Shown: positions 8,753-18,187 of the stretch, piece by piece | How the letters are laid out: the number at the start of each line of letters is the position of its first letter | Numbering within the stretch: the first letter of the stretch is position 1 | Assembly: GCA_023247255.1 (NCBI GenBank) | Contig: JAHFGV010000009.1 | Span: 2,773 to 66,772 of the forward strand | From: Candidatus Omnitrophota bacterium | Lineage (GTDB): Bacteria; Omnitrophota; Gorgyraeia; Aquiviventales; Aquiviventaceae | Direction of reading: 5' to 3' | DNA length: 64,000 bases | The notes under the pieces: generated by a model | Database searches by the model: none | Seen by the model: the letters and a program-made list of their open reading frames with translations, nothing else | What the model was told of the DNA's origin: nothing | Position numbers and translations under genes: made by a program

Positions 8753-9541
8753 ATGAGAATGTTGACGTATCTACGTGAACTCTATCGCTACCGGGACCTC
8801 CTCTTCAGCCTAACGGCGCGTGACATTAAGGTGCGCTACCGCCAGACGCTGCTCGGAGTCGCATGGGCGGTTATGCAGCCTCTGGCTTTTATGTTCATCT
8901 TCACCCTGGTGTTTCAGAAATTCGGCAAGGTCAGCTCCGATGGAACCCCCTATCCCTTATTCTCTTATACGGGCCTTGTTCCGTGGACCTTTTTCTCGAC
9001 CAGCCTTGGGCTTGCCGTCAACTCGATTGCAGGCAACATGAGCCTTGTCAAGAAAGTCTATTTCCCCAAAGAGGTTTTTCCCATCGGTGTGGTTCTGGCA
9101 TGCTTCGTGGATTTCCTCATCGCCTCGAGTCTGGTAGGGGGGCTTTTAATGTTCTACCGGTTTCCGGTCAACGTGCAGATAATCTGGATTCCGTGGCTCA
9201 TCGGTCTTGAAATCGTTTTTTTGATCGGTATCAGTCTGCTTGTCTCTAGCCTGAACGTTTTCTTTCGAGACGTTAAATACATCGTTCCCCTGGCGGTGCA
9301 GCTCTTGATGTTCACCACCCCGGTTATCTATCCCACCTCGATGGTGCCTGAGCCTCTGCGGCGCTACTTTCTCCTCAATCCCATGGCTGTTGTTGTCGAT
9401 GGGGTGCGTCGTGTAGTCTTGCACGGACAACCCCCTGAGCTTGGGCCTCTCGTGCTTAGCACGGCGCTTGTCGGTCTCTTCGTTGGTCTCGCCTATGGTT
9501 ACTTCAAGCGCGTCGAAGTACGTTTTGCAGACCTCATCTAA
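8753..9541 (+). CDS. ABC-2 type polysaccharide exporter permease (Wzm-like)
   Basis: N-terminal YRYRDLLFSLTARDIKVRYRQTLLGVAWAVMQP signature of ABC-2 permeases; six predicted TM helices. Confidence 0.8.
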   Translation: MRMLTYLRELYRYRDLLFSLTARDIKVRYRQTLLGVAWAVMQPLAFMFIFTLVFQKFGKVSSDGTPYPLFSYTGLVPWTFFSTSLGLAVNSIAGNMSLVKKVYFPKEVFPIGVVLACFVDFLIASSLVGGLLMFYRFPVNVQIIWIPWLIGLEIVFLIGISLLVSSLNVFFRDVKYIVPLAVQLLMFTTPVIYPTSMVPEPLRRYFLLNPMAVVVDGVRRVVLHGQPPELGPLVLSTALVGLFVGLAYGYFKRVEVRFADLI

Positions 9542-9545
9542 AAGC

Positions 9546-9969
9546 GAGACAGGAGACAGGAGACAAGTGATGAAGCCAATTAAAAGTTACAGGGATCTTG
9601 AAACCTGGCAAGAGGGAATACGTCTTGTGAATACCATCTACAAACTTACCAGTACCTTTCCCAAAGAGGAGAGTTACGGACTCATTAGCCAGATGAGGCG
9701 TGCGGCTGTTTCTGTTCCAGTCAATATAGCGGAGGGGTATGCTCGCAACCACCGGGCGGAATTACGCCAATTCCTCTATGTTGCACTTGGGTCATTAGCT
9801 GAATTAGAAACGCTTAGCATTGTGGCTTGTCAAGTTAGTTATATTGATCAGGCCTGTCTCTCAAGAGAGCTTGAATCGTCCATAGCGGTCTTACGTTTTA
9901 AGACCTTAGCCTTCTTGCGTCATTTGAGGTAGCTTGCCATGTCTCCTGTCTCCTGTCTCCTGTCTCCTG
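9546..9969. mobile_element. hairpin-terminated insertion between wzm and wzt carrying the four-helix-bundle gene; arms are heptamer arrays (GAGACAG)x3 at 9546-9567 and (GTCTCCT)x4 at 9941-9969
   Basis: Arms are reverse complements of each other; right arm supplies the ATG and first ~10 codons (MSPVSCLLSPAP) of the downstream ABC ATPase. Confidence 0.4.
9570..9932 (+). CDS. four-helix-bundle protein (23S rRNA intervening-sequence protein family)
   Basis: MKPIKSYRDLETWQEGIRLVNTIYKLTSTFPKEESYGLISQMRRAAVSVPVNIAEGYARNHRAELRQFLYVALGSLAELETL matches family signature; track start 9441 overlaps wzm and is rejected. Confidence 0.7.
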   Translation: MKPIKSYRDLETWQEGIRLVNTIYKLTSTFPKEESYGLISQMRRAAVSVPVNIAEGYARNHRAELRQFLYVALGSLAELETLSIVACQVSYIDQACLSRELESSIAVLRFKTLAFLRHLR

Positions 9970-11216
9970 CGCCATGTCCCATTACGTTCGATCACGTCTG
10001 GAAACGCTACCGCATAGGCTCCAAACATGACAGCCTCCGCGATGCGATTCCTCGATTCTTTAAGCAAGAGGCCGGACTCAATGGACAATCATTGCACGAA
10101 GGCGAGTTCTGGGCGATTCAGGACGTGACTTTTGAAGTCAAACATGCCGAGACCGTGGGCATCATCGGACCCAATGGGGCGGGCAAGAGTACCGCTTTGA
10201 AACTGCTCTCCAAAATCTGCAAGCAAACGAAAGGACAGATACAAGTGATCGGCCGCCTGGCCGCGTTGATTGAAGTGGGTGCCGGTTTTCATCCTGATCT
10301 GACCGGCCGCGAAAATATTTATCTCAACGGGACCATCATGGGTCTGCGCCGCAAAGAGATCGACCGACTCTTTGATTCGATCGTGGAGTTCTCGGAACTT
10401 AAAGACTTCCTCGAGATGCCCGTGAAGCGTTACTCTTCGGGAATGGCGGTGCGTCTGGGATTTTCGGTCGCCGCTCACGTCAACCCGGAGGTTTTGCTGA
10501 TCGATGAGGTGCTTGCCGTCGGGGATCTCGTTTTTCAGCAGAAATGTTACCAACGCCTGCAGGATCTAAAGGCGGCTGGGACGACAATCGTGTTTATCTC
10601 GCACAACCTGGAGGCGATTCAACGGCTCTGTGACCGCGTTGTTCTCCTGGACAAGGGGCTCCTCATCCAGGAAGGAAATCCGGCCGAGGTCATCGCGGGC
10701 TATCGCAACAAGGTCCTCCAGACATACCGTTCCAAGATGCGCCTGCCGCATGGCAATGTCATCGAGGAACGGTCTCTCGATGAGGTGGCATTCACGCAGG
10801 CTTTTCTCACAGACGCCTCTGGCAATATCTCAGACGCATTCTCTACGGGAGATACCGTCAGATTGCACCTGAGCTACCACGCTAAGCGGAATATCGAGCA
10901 GCCCAGGATTGTGGTTACGATCGAACGCCTCGATGGACTCGTCTGCCACACCACCTCAACCGCACATGCCATAGATGCATTCACTATCTCCGAAGGCGAC
11001 GCTAGCCTGATGTTGGAATACGACGCTTTGAACCTGTTGCCAAACACGTATCGGATTCAGGCAGCCCTCTTCGAACATAACAATCCCGTTCCCTTGTCCG
11101 CATCCAGCTATCAACTCTATTTCACCTTGACCTCAGACAGTCCTGAGATTGGGGCTGTGCATCTCGATCATCACTGGGACACAAAGGTGATTCCTGCAAG
11201 AGACAAAGTCCATTAA
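9939..11216 (+). CDS. ABC transporter ATP-binding protein Wzt-like with ~150-aa C-terminal extension (probable carbohydrate/terminal-cap binding domain)
   Basis: Walker A GPNGAGKST, signature YSSGMAVRLGFS, Walker B LLIDEVLAVGD; residues ~270-425 form an extra domain beyond the NBD. Confidence 0.8.
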   Translation: MSPVSCLLSPAPCPITFDHVWKRYRIGSKHDSLRDAIPRFFKQEAGLNGQSLHEGEFWAIQDVTFEVKHAETVGIIGPNGAGKSTALKLLSKICKQTKGQIQVIGRLAALIEVGAGFHPDLTGRENIYLNGTIMGLRRKEIDRLFDSIVEFSELKDFLEMPVKRYSSGMAVRLGFSVAAHVNPEVLLIDEVLAVGDLVFQQKCYQRLQDLKAAGTTIVFISHNLEAIQRLCDRVVLLDKGLLIQEGNPAEVIAGYRNKVLQTYRSKMRLPHGNVIEERSLDEVAFTQAFLTDASGNISDAFSTGDTVRLHLSYHAKRNIEQPRIVVTIERLDGLVCHTTSTAHAIDAFTISEGDASLMLEYDALNLLPNTYRIQAALFEHNNPVPLSASSYQLYFTLTSDSPEIGAVHLDHHWDTKVIPARDKVH

Positions 11217-11218
11217 CG

Positions 11219-13156
11219 ATGTGTGGCATCGTAGGGGTGTGGAACTTAAGTGGTGGACGAGTGGGCGAAAACGTCCTTTCTGCGATGCTCTCGACCATTC
11301 GCTACCGCGGACCCGATGACAGCGACGTCTGGGTGGATAACTCCATTGGCTTGGGGCACTGCCGTCTGAGCATTTTGGATTTGAGCACGCGAGCCCGGCA
11401 ACCCTTTCTGAGTGCTGATGGTCAAGGTGTTCTTGTGTACAACGGGGAAGTGTACAACTATCAAGAGTTAGGCTCCGAACTCAAGCAGGAAGGCGTTTCC
11501 TTAATCAGCACGTCAGATACTGAGGTAGTTCTGTATGCCCTCCACCGCTGGGGTCCTGAACGAGCCATCCCGCGCTTTAATGGCATGTTTGCCCTGGCCT
11601 ACTTTGATCGCCGGACACAGAAGCTGTGGTTGGCTCGGGATCGACTAGGGATTAAACCACTCTACATCACCCGTTCTTCGTCAGGCGTTGTCTTTGGCTC
11701 TGAAATCAAAGCCTTGTTGGCGCATCCCGATGTCTCAGGCCGACCGGACATCCATGCTTTGACGGGACATGTGCTCTGCCGGCGTCTTGAAGGCACAGTG
11801 ACTCCTTTCGAGGGAATCCAATCGATTCAACCGGGGACGATCCTAGAGATCAGTCCTTCTGCAAGCGAAACCCTAACGTATTTTGATGTGCTGCGAGACC
11901 TCGATCTTGCTCGGCTGTTGGCTGCGGCCGAGGATGATCCCCTGCAGTTGGCCTCGGAGTTCAAGCGCCTCTTTTGCGAAAGCGTCTCCATGCATCTGGT
12001 AAGCGACGTTCCACTGGCTGCGATGTGCAGCGGTGGCGTCGATTCCAGCCTCATGACAGCGATTACGGTACCCCACAAACGCGACATCGTGGCGTATGTG
12101 GCGGACGTGAAAGGTGCACGGGTGAGCGAAGGGCGAAAGGCCAAGATCGTCGCTCGTCATCTAGGCATTCAGATACGACAGGTCGATGTAGATCAAGACG
12201 ACTACCTGCGGCTATGGCCGCTTACCATTTGGCACAACGACCAGCCTAATTTTCTCGTCAATGACGCGCCGTTTTTTGCTGTGGCGAATGCCTGCCGGCG
12301 GGATGGATTCAAGGTGGTCTTGACGGGGGAAGGCTCGGATGAACTCTTCGGCGGTTATTCCTGGTATCCGAATGTTTATCGGATGTGGAGACAACGACGC
12401 CGCCATGCCACGCTGTTTCCGGATATACCGTTCTGGAAGGCTATTGGGAGGTTTCTTCCACCTCTAAATCCGCTGGATCTTGACGCTTTGAGCGAGACCC
12501 CATTTTCTCGCATCCGGCAACGAGGCACCCCCGATGAGCGCCTGCGGCGCTTGTGTGTTGCCGACGTCGATCAGTACCCCCTGCGTCAGGCGGCCTTGTT
12601 CAAAAAACTCTCCCCGGTGTCTTGCGTGGAAGATCGGGCGTTTCTTTCCTATTGCCTGGACGATTTGTACAGCGTTCTGCAACTCTTGCTTCAGCGTAAC
12701 GACCGGATGGGGATGGCTTCGTCCATTGAATCGCGGGTGCCCTTTCTTGAAAATCGACTCATCGATTTTGCCATCCATTTACCGCGCCGAGCCAAGTATC
12801 ACCGGGGTATCACGAAATGGGCTGTCAAGGCTACGGCCGAACAATACCTTCCTCGCGAGATCGTCCATGCCCCAAAGATCGGCTTTGGGGTGGATGGCAA
12901 CTCATGGCGAATTGCAGCGAAGGTTCTGTTCCAGCCCGGAGCTATCGTGCAGGAGATCTTTAAGTGGCGCAGCTCTTCCATGCCTCTCTTGCGGGAACAA
13001 CTGGCTAAGCATCCGGGAATCGCCCTGACTATGGTTGGGGTAGAGCTGTGGGGACGGATCTTTCTGAGGAAGGATCAACCTGAAGCATTGGGAGAAGAAC
13101 TCGTCCGGATGTGTGGTCTCTCATCCAGCGCGAAGGTCTCGGCACGCCCCGCTTAG
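11219..13156 (+). CDS. asparagine synthase (glutamine-hydrolysing) family amidotransferase
   Basis: N-terminal MCGIVG nucleophile, PP-loop CSGGVDSS; 645 aa. Confidence 0.85.
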   Translation: MCGIVGVWNLSGGRVGENVLSAMLSTIRYRGPDDSDVWVDNSIGLGHCRLSILDLSTRARQPFLSADGQGVLVYNGEVYNYQELGSELKQEGVSLISTSDTEVVLYALHRWGPERAIPRFNGMFALAYFDRRTQKLWLARDRLGIKPLYITRSSSGVVFGSEIKALLAHPDVSGRPDIHALTGHVLCRRLEGTVTPFEGIQSIQPGTILEISPSASETLTYFDVLRDLDLARLLAAAEDDPLQLASEFKRLFCESVSMHLVSDVPLAAMCSGGVDSSLMTAITVPHKRDIVAYVADVKGARVSEGRKAKIVARHLGIQIRQVDVDQDDYLRLWPLTIWHNDQPNFLVNDAPFFAVANACRRDGFKVVLTGEGSDELFGGYSWYPNVYRMWRQRRRHATLFPDIPFWKAIGRFLPPLNPLDLDALSETPFSRIRQRGTPDERLRRLCVADVDQYPLRQAALFKKLSPVSCVEDRAFLSYCLDDLYSVLQLLLQRNDRMGMASSIESRVPFLENRLIDFAIHLPRRAKYHRGITKWAVKATAEQYLPREIVHAPKIGFGVDGNSWRIAAKVLFQPGAIVQEIFKWRSSSMPLLREQLAKHPGIALTMVGVELWGRIFLRKDQPEALGEELVRMCGLSSSAKVSARPA

Positions 13157-13198
13157 GGTAGTCTGACACGGACTGGGAAATCGAAGGAAAGGCTCCAC

Positions 13199-14251
13199 AT
13201 GCAGGATATAGCGGATGCACAAGTCGCAGAGAGTCTTGATCCTCAGGTTCTTATCCGCTCGCTCATCCATTCGATTGATCAGGTCATAGCCGGATTGATT
13301 CCCGAGGGGGCTCCTTGCGCATTGGTCGATTTTCCCAGTCACTCGAACGTCGGAGACAGCGCGATTTGGCTTGGTGAAAAAAAGGTTCTACGCCGTCGCG
13401 GTGTTACCGTTGTCTATGTCTGTGATGGGCGGACTTATGCACGTAAGCATCTGACAAAACGGTTGGGTCGAGAAGGGATCATTTTGATTCATGGAGGAGG
13501 TAATCTCGGTGATCTCTGGCCGGCGAGAGAGCAGTTTCGAGAAAAGATCATTCAGGATTTCACGGATCACAAGATCATCCAGCTTCCCCAGTCCATCCAC
13601 TTTGCTAAGTCGGAGAATCTCAAACAGGCAAAGGTTGTCTTCAACGCGCATCCTGATTTGACCATTCTGGTGCGTGACACGCACAGCTTTGAGATGGCAA
13701 AGAATGAATTTTCCGCAAAGAGCATTCTCTGTCCTGATCTAGCGTTTGCGCTCGATCGGCCATCTCGACCTTCGCTACCGGAGAGCGAAATGGTGTGGCT
13801 TTCACGCACCGATAAGGAATCGATGGGTTTTGCTTTAGGCGATACCTCGCCACATTTAAAGGGAGCACCCCTGAATAAAACCGATTGGCTCGGCGAGCGG
13901 CCCACGTTAACGCATAAGCTCTACACTTTCGTCAAAGAACGGATCGAGCGACGTCCCACGTATCTGGGCTGGTGTTCGGGGTTCTTATCCCAGGGCTACG
14001 ACTGGATTGCGAATCAGCGCTTAGAGCGGGGATACCGTGCTTTGAGTAGAGGCCGCGTGGTGATTACGGATCGTCTTCATGGCCACATCCTCAGCCTGCT
14101 CTTGGGCATTCCGCATGTGTTGCTCGACAATAATTACGGGAAGCTTCGGCGGTTCTATGAAACCTGGACATCCCAGAGCAGCCTCACATTTTGGGCAACC
14201 TCACCGGAACAAGCAAGGACCCTCGCAGAAAAGCTTCTTAGGCAAAGCTGA
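13199..14251 (+). CDS. polysaccharide pyruvyl transferase family protein
   Basis: DFPSHSNVGDSAIW...ILIHGGGNLGDLW...VITDRLHGHILSLLLGIPHVLL pattern of CsaB/WcaK-type pyruvyl transferases. Confidence 0.65.
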   Translation: MQDIADAQVAESLDPQVLIRSLIHSIDQVIAGLIPEGAPCALVDFPSHSNVGDSAIWLGEKKVLRRRGVTVVYVCDGRTYARKHLTKRLGREGIILIHGGGNLGDLWPAREQFREKIIQDFTDHKIIQLPQSIHFAKSENLKQAKVVFNAHPDLTILVRDTHSFEMAKNEFSAKSILCPDLAFALDRPSRPSLPESEMVWLSRTDKESMGFALGDTSPHLKGAPLNKTDWLGERPTLTHKLYTFVKERIERRPTYLGWCSGFLSQGYDWIANQRLERGYRALSRGRVVITDRLHGHILSLLLGIPHVLLDNNYGKLRRFYETWTSQSSLTFWATSPEQARTLAEKLLRQS

Positions 14252-14266
14252 CCACGGATTGAGCGA

Positions 14267-16120
14267 ATGGCGAACTTTTTGCTCGTGATCGACCCAGACC
14301 AAACGCGGCGCGAGGCGTTTATCGGAGGAGTCAAGACGCGCATAGCGCCACTGGAAGGACTGACCTCTTCGCGTCTTGACGTCGGTGACTGTTCCGTTCT
14401 TTGGGCAATCAATCCTCAAGCGCCTATGAGCCAATGCGTTGACGAAAGCGGCGCTGCCATCCTATGGGGAGAGGCGATTCAAGGACCGGGGCCAAAGCGG
14501 CTGAGTGCTTCCGAGCTTAAGGACTACTGGAAAGACCCTCTCCAACGTATGCCAGAAGCCTTGGATGGGTTCCATGCGGCGATCCGTTATACGCCGGGAT
14601 CCCGTTTAGTGATCGGTGCCGATCCACTGGGATTGTTTCCCCTGTATTACCATGCTGCCAATGACATCCTGCTGGTTGGCTCGAGCGTTGAGTTGTTCCA
14701 GTATCATCCGAGCTTCTCTGGAAAATTGTCGAAAGATGCTCTCGTTGACATTCTTTTGATCACGCATCCTGTGGATGGCATGACGATCTTCCGAGACGTC
14801 CGCCGCGTTCAAGCAGGCCATCTGCTTCTTTGGAATAAGGGCTCAGCTCCTCAAGAGCTGAAGCAATATGAGCTTCGCCCTTCGGATAGGTATTTCGATC
14901 TTCCTCACGGCGCTTTGGTGAATAAGCTTGATGACGTGCTGAACGACGCCATCGCGCGACACGTTCAGAGGGATAAAGCACACAGCATGCTGCTCTCCGG
15001 CGGTCGCGATTCGCGGATGCTCGCAGGCTTTATGAAGCGAGCGCATCTTAAGGAGATAGAAGCCCTCACGTTAGGCCATTCATTGAAAGATTACGAGCTG
15101 AGTTGTGCCCGTCGAGTGGCGCGGATGCTGCACTTAAAACATCGATGGGTGGACATTCCACAGGAGGATTACCCCCAGTACGCAGCGTCGCACGCCCGGT
15201 GGATGCACGGATCAGCGGGTTTTCAAGGCATCATGTTTTGGGGGCTGCCCGCCCATCTGCGAGACCTGCCACCGCGCCTGGTTACAGGACACGTGATGGA
15301 CTCCATTGTGGGAGGCAGCCACATCCCTTGGGCTTTCGATCCTGAAAGGGGAGAGCCGTCTTTTCAGACGTTCTTTGGGAATGTGAATCGCTATGGTCTC
15401 CCGGTTCCTTTCGTTGAACAACTCCTTAATCCTTCCCTCAACGATCTCGTGCAGCAAAGGATCACTCGCATGCAAGAGATTTACAACGGCTATGGCCGAT
15501 TGGAAAGCCAGAAAGCCTTATGCTTCGATCTTTACCACAGACAACGCTTTTTTATAGGAAGCATTCCCTGGATATGCTCGTTTGGGGCATGGCCGATTCT
15601 ACCGGCCGTCGATCATCGGCTACTCGATCATCTCACTGGAATGCCGGCGTCCTTTCTGGCGGGTCGGCATGGGCAGGATGCCTTATTGAAAGCAAAATTT
15701 CCTGAACTGGCCGCATTACCCTTGGATCGGAATTCAAGAAACACGCGGCCGCTTCAACCCCGTCTTCGTCACATGCTGGGTGATTCTCTGAAACAGCGTG
15801 TTTTTTCTCTGCGCCAGCATCTCGCTAACGGTAATGGTCATGGAAGGGTCGAACCGAAATCTGAGCGGCGCTATTTCTACCGTCTTTTTGACATCAATGG
15901 TCCGGGGTGGATGCGTGTCAGAGAACTGGCCGATTCCAAGAGAGGAGTTCTGTCTTCCTTAGTGAATAAAGAGGTCTATGAGCGTGCATTGCCATCACCG
16001 CAGACGATCCTTCAATACGCCGACCCGCTGGTGGAATCTGCAGGGCTTAAGTCGCTTTTAGGATTAATCTTGATATTGAGACAACGTCTGGAGAGTTTTG
16101 AGGCTGGAGAGGTTAGCTAA
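14267..16120 (+). CDS. asparagine synthetase B-like amidotransferase paralogue lacking the N-terminal Cys
   Basis: PP-loop LLSGGRDSRMLAG present; N-terminus MANFLLVIDP has no Cys2 nucleophile. Confidence 0.65.
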   Translation: MANFLLVIDPDQTRREAFIGGVKTRIAPLEGLTSSRLDVGDCSVLWAINPQAPMSQCVDESGAAILWGEAIQGPGPKRLSASELKDYWKDPLQRMPEALDGFHAAIRYTPGSRLVIGADPLGLFPLYYHAANDILLVGSSVELFQYHPSFSGKLSKDALVDILLITHPVDGMTIFRDVRRVQAGHLLLWNKGSAPQELKQYELRPSDRYFDLPHGALVNKLDDVLNDAIARHVQRDKAHSMLLSGGRDSRMLAGFMKRAHLKEIEALTLGHSLKDYELSCARRVARMLHLKHRWVDIPQEDYPQYAASHARWMHGSAGFQGIMFWGLPAHLRDLPPRLVTGHVMDSIVGGSHIPWAFDPERGEPSFQTFFGNVNRYGLPVPFVEQLLNPSLNDLVQQRITRMQEIYNGYGRLESQKALCFDLYHRQRFFIGSIPWICSFGAWPILPAVDHRLLDHLTGMPASFLAGRHGQDALLKAKFPELAALPLDRNSRNTRPLQPRLRHMLGDSLKQRVFSLRQHLANGNGHGRVEPKSERRYFYRLFDINGPGWMRVRELADSKRGVLSSLVNKEVYERALPSPQTILQYADPLVESAGLKSLLGLILILRQRLESFEAGEVS

Positions 16121-16121
16121 A

Positions 16122-17255
16122 ATGTCGGTTGTGGTCAGTCGCATAACGAGGTCGGACACCGAGACTCAGTGTAGAACCCAGGCATTGATTGAGGCTGCGG
16201 CTGCACGTTATGAGATCAGCTATGAGGTGAAAGGATCGGCCATCGCCGATGATGCCAATGCGTGGTTAGCCGCTAGTTTATTCCCTGCAATGAAACTGGG
16301 AGAAACGCTTCGATTGGAAGGCTTATTGGATAACCAATTGCTGCAAGGCGCCTCTCGCCTCCAAGACATCTTCCACGTTTGGTACCCGGATTTGCGTAAG
16401 GTATCCATTGAGTCAAGGCTCAGCGATAGCAGTAAAAAAGAGCGGCCAATAGCCACTCATGCAGTCGGCTGTTTCTTTTCAGGAGGTGTGGATTCGTTCT
16501 ATTCCATCCTGAAACACAAAGAGGAAATCACGCATCTTTTATTCATACACGGATTCGACATTCGGCTGGATGATCAGAAAATTTACCAGGCCTCTTTGAA
16601 GGCTGTGCATGAGGTAGCCGAGGCGCTTGGCAAGGAGGTTATCGAGATACGCACGAACCTGCGCGATTTTGGCGACCGCTATGTGAAGTGGGGGGAACAC
16701 TATTTTGGGGCAGCGCTCGCAAGCACAGCCTTACTCCTATCGTGCCAGCTAAAGAAAGTCTATCTGCCCAGTTCACACACCTATGAGCACCTTCATCCCT
16801 GGGGCTCTCACCCGCTCCTCGATCCTTTATGGAGCACCGAGACGATGGAGATTGTTCATGATGGCTGCGAGGCATCGAGGATTGAGAAGATTGCCCAGAT
16901 CGCTTCCTATGACATGGTGCGGAAATCTTTGCGGGTGTGCTGGCTGAATTGGGATAGGGCCTATAACTGCGGTCGCTGTGAGAAATGTCTACGCACGATG
17001 ACGAGCCTGCGCGCGCTGGGCGTTTCTGACATGCCTACTTTCAATCGTGCTTTAGACCTGAGCTTGGTGTCCCGTTTGGACGGCTCCAACCCTACGACGC
17101 GAATCTTTATCCAGGAAAACCTAAAGGCGGCCGAAGAGTCTAACGACGTCTCGTTGGCCAAGGCCCTTCGCAAGGCCTTAAACGGCCGGTACTCCCGAAT
17201 CGTAAGGAATGGGTCAGAAAGAATACTCAGAAAGCTTCGGCCTCTCTTCAAATGA
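16122..17255 (+). CDS. PP-loop ATPase, QueC-like / WbuX-PseA-type N-acetyl-sugar amidotransferase candidate
   Basis: CFFSGGVDSFYSIL PP-loop, C-terminal C-W-x-N-x5-CGRCEKCLR zinc-ribbon pattern like QueC C-terminus; GGAGAGG RBS 8 nt before ATG 16122; ~375 aa like WbuX family. Confidence 0.55.
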   Translation: MSVVVSRITRSDTETQCRTQALIEAAAARYEISYEVKGSAIADDANAWLAASLFPAMKLGETLRLEGLLDNQLLQGASRLQDIFHVWYPDLRKVSIESRLSDSSKKERPIATHAVGCFFSGGVDSFYSILKHKEEITHLLFIHGFDIRLDDQKIYQASLKAVHEVAEALGKEVIEIRTNLRDFGDRYVKWGEHYFGAALASTALLLSCQLKKVYLPSSHTYEHLHPWGSHPLLDPLWSTETMEIVHDGCEASRIEKIAQIASYDMVRKSLRVCWLNWDRAYNCGRCEKCLRTMTSLRALGVSDMPTFNRALDLSLVSRLDGSNPTTRIFIQENLKAAEESNDVSLAKALRKALNGRYSRIVRNGSERILRKLRPLFK

Positions 17256-18187
17256 CCAGCGTTGTGGTTTGCACTTTCAATCGATGCGAGAGTTTGCGGG
17301 ATACGTTGTCCTCTCTCGGTGAGCAGATACTCAAGGAAGGTTTGGAACTGGAGATCATCGTCGTGGATAACAACAGTTCCGATCGAACCCCGCAGGTCGT
17401 GGAGGAGGCGGCGAAGGATTCACCCTGGCCGATGCGCTACGTTTTTGAGAAGACTCAGGGACTCAGCCATGCAAGGAATCGCGGCATCCGAGAATCTCAC
17501 GGAGAGTTTCTGGCCTTCACCGATGACGATGTGCTGCCTGATCGCGGATGGGTTCAAGCGTTGTACGAAGCATTCATCGATCACTCCGCTGATTGCGCGG
17601 GTGGAAAGATTCTTCCGAAGTGGACCGAGTCGCCCCCGGATTGGTGTCTGGCGGAGGAAGTCCGAGCGCAACTGTGGGCAGTCCTTGCGCTGCTCGATCG
17701 TGGAGAAGAGATGCTTGTGGCCGAGACCTTAAATGGCAGCTTTCTTTTCGGCGCGAACATGGCCTTTCGCAAGAGCGTATTTGAGGAAGTGGGTTTTTTT
17801 AACCCGGCCCTGGGACGCTCAGGGGAGAATCTATTCAGCGGTGACGATACAGAGATGCTGCGACGGGCTTTGATGTCTCGAAAACGCGTCGTCTACAGCC
17901 CGCAGGCCATCGTCTACCACAAGGTATCACCTGAGCGATTGCATATAGGCTACCTGCGACGTTGGAAGTTTAACGTCGGTCTGACGAGCGCTCGGATTCA
18001 TCCGCAACCTTCCCGTTTGGTGCCGGCATGGCTCATGCGCGAGTGCCTCAGCAATGGCCTGGGCGCCTGCGCGGCCTATGTGCGAGGATCACGATTCATG
18101 GGTATTGCCCGAGAGCTGGCGTTTTGGTCCCAGGCAGGACGCATTGTGGCAACCATTAGTCCAAGGGTAAAAACAAACAAGGAGTAG
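17252..18187 (+). CDS. glycosyltransferase family 2
   Basis: VVVCTFNRCESLRDTLSSL... FTDDDV (DxD) ... GT-A fold hallmarks. Confidence 0.8.
   Translation: MTSVVVCTFNRCESLRDTLSSLGEQILKEGLELEIIVVDNNSSDRTPQVVEEAAKDSPWPMRYVFEKTQGLSHARNRGIRESHGEFLAFTDDDVLPDRGWVQALYEAFIDHSADCAGGKILPKWTESPPDWCLAEEVRAQLWAVLALLDRGEEMLVAETLNGSFLFGANMAFRKSVFEEVGFFNPALGRSGENLFSGDDTEMLRRALMSRKRVVYSPQAIVYHKVSPERLHIGYLRRWKFNVGLTSARIHPQPSRLVPAWLMRECLSNGLGACAAYVRGSRFMGIARELAFWSQAGRIVATISPRVKTNKE

Noticed and set aside
9441-9569. Track start of the 4HB ORF at 9441 and of other ORFs extending far upstream (3384, 38896, 41713, 46682, 47874, 57418, 62470)
   Set aside because: The upstream extensions overlap preceding genes and lack homology. 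Internal Met codons with an RBS or conserved N-termini give better starts.
9546-9969. Heptamer arrays (GAGACAG)x3 / (GTCTCCT)x4 considered as a CRISPR-like array
   Set aside because: The units are only 7 nt and contiguous with no spacers, and no cas genes are present. They behave as inverted-repeat arms instead.
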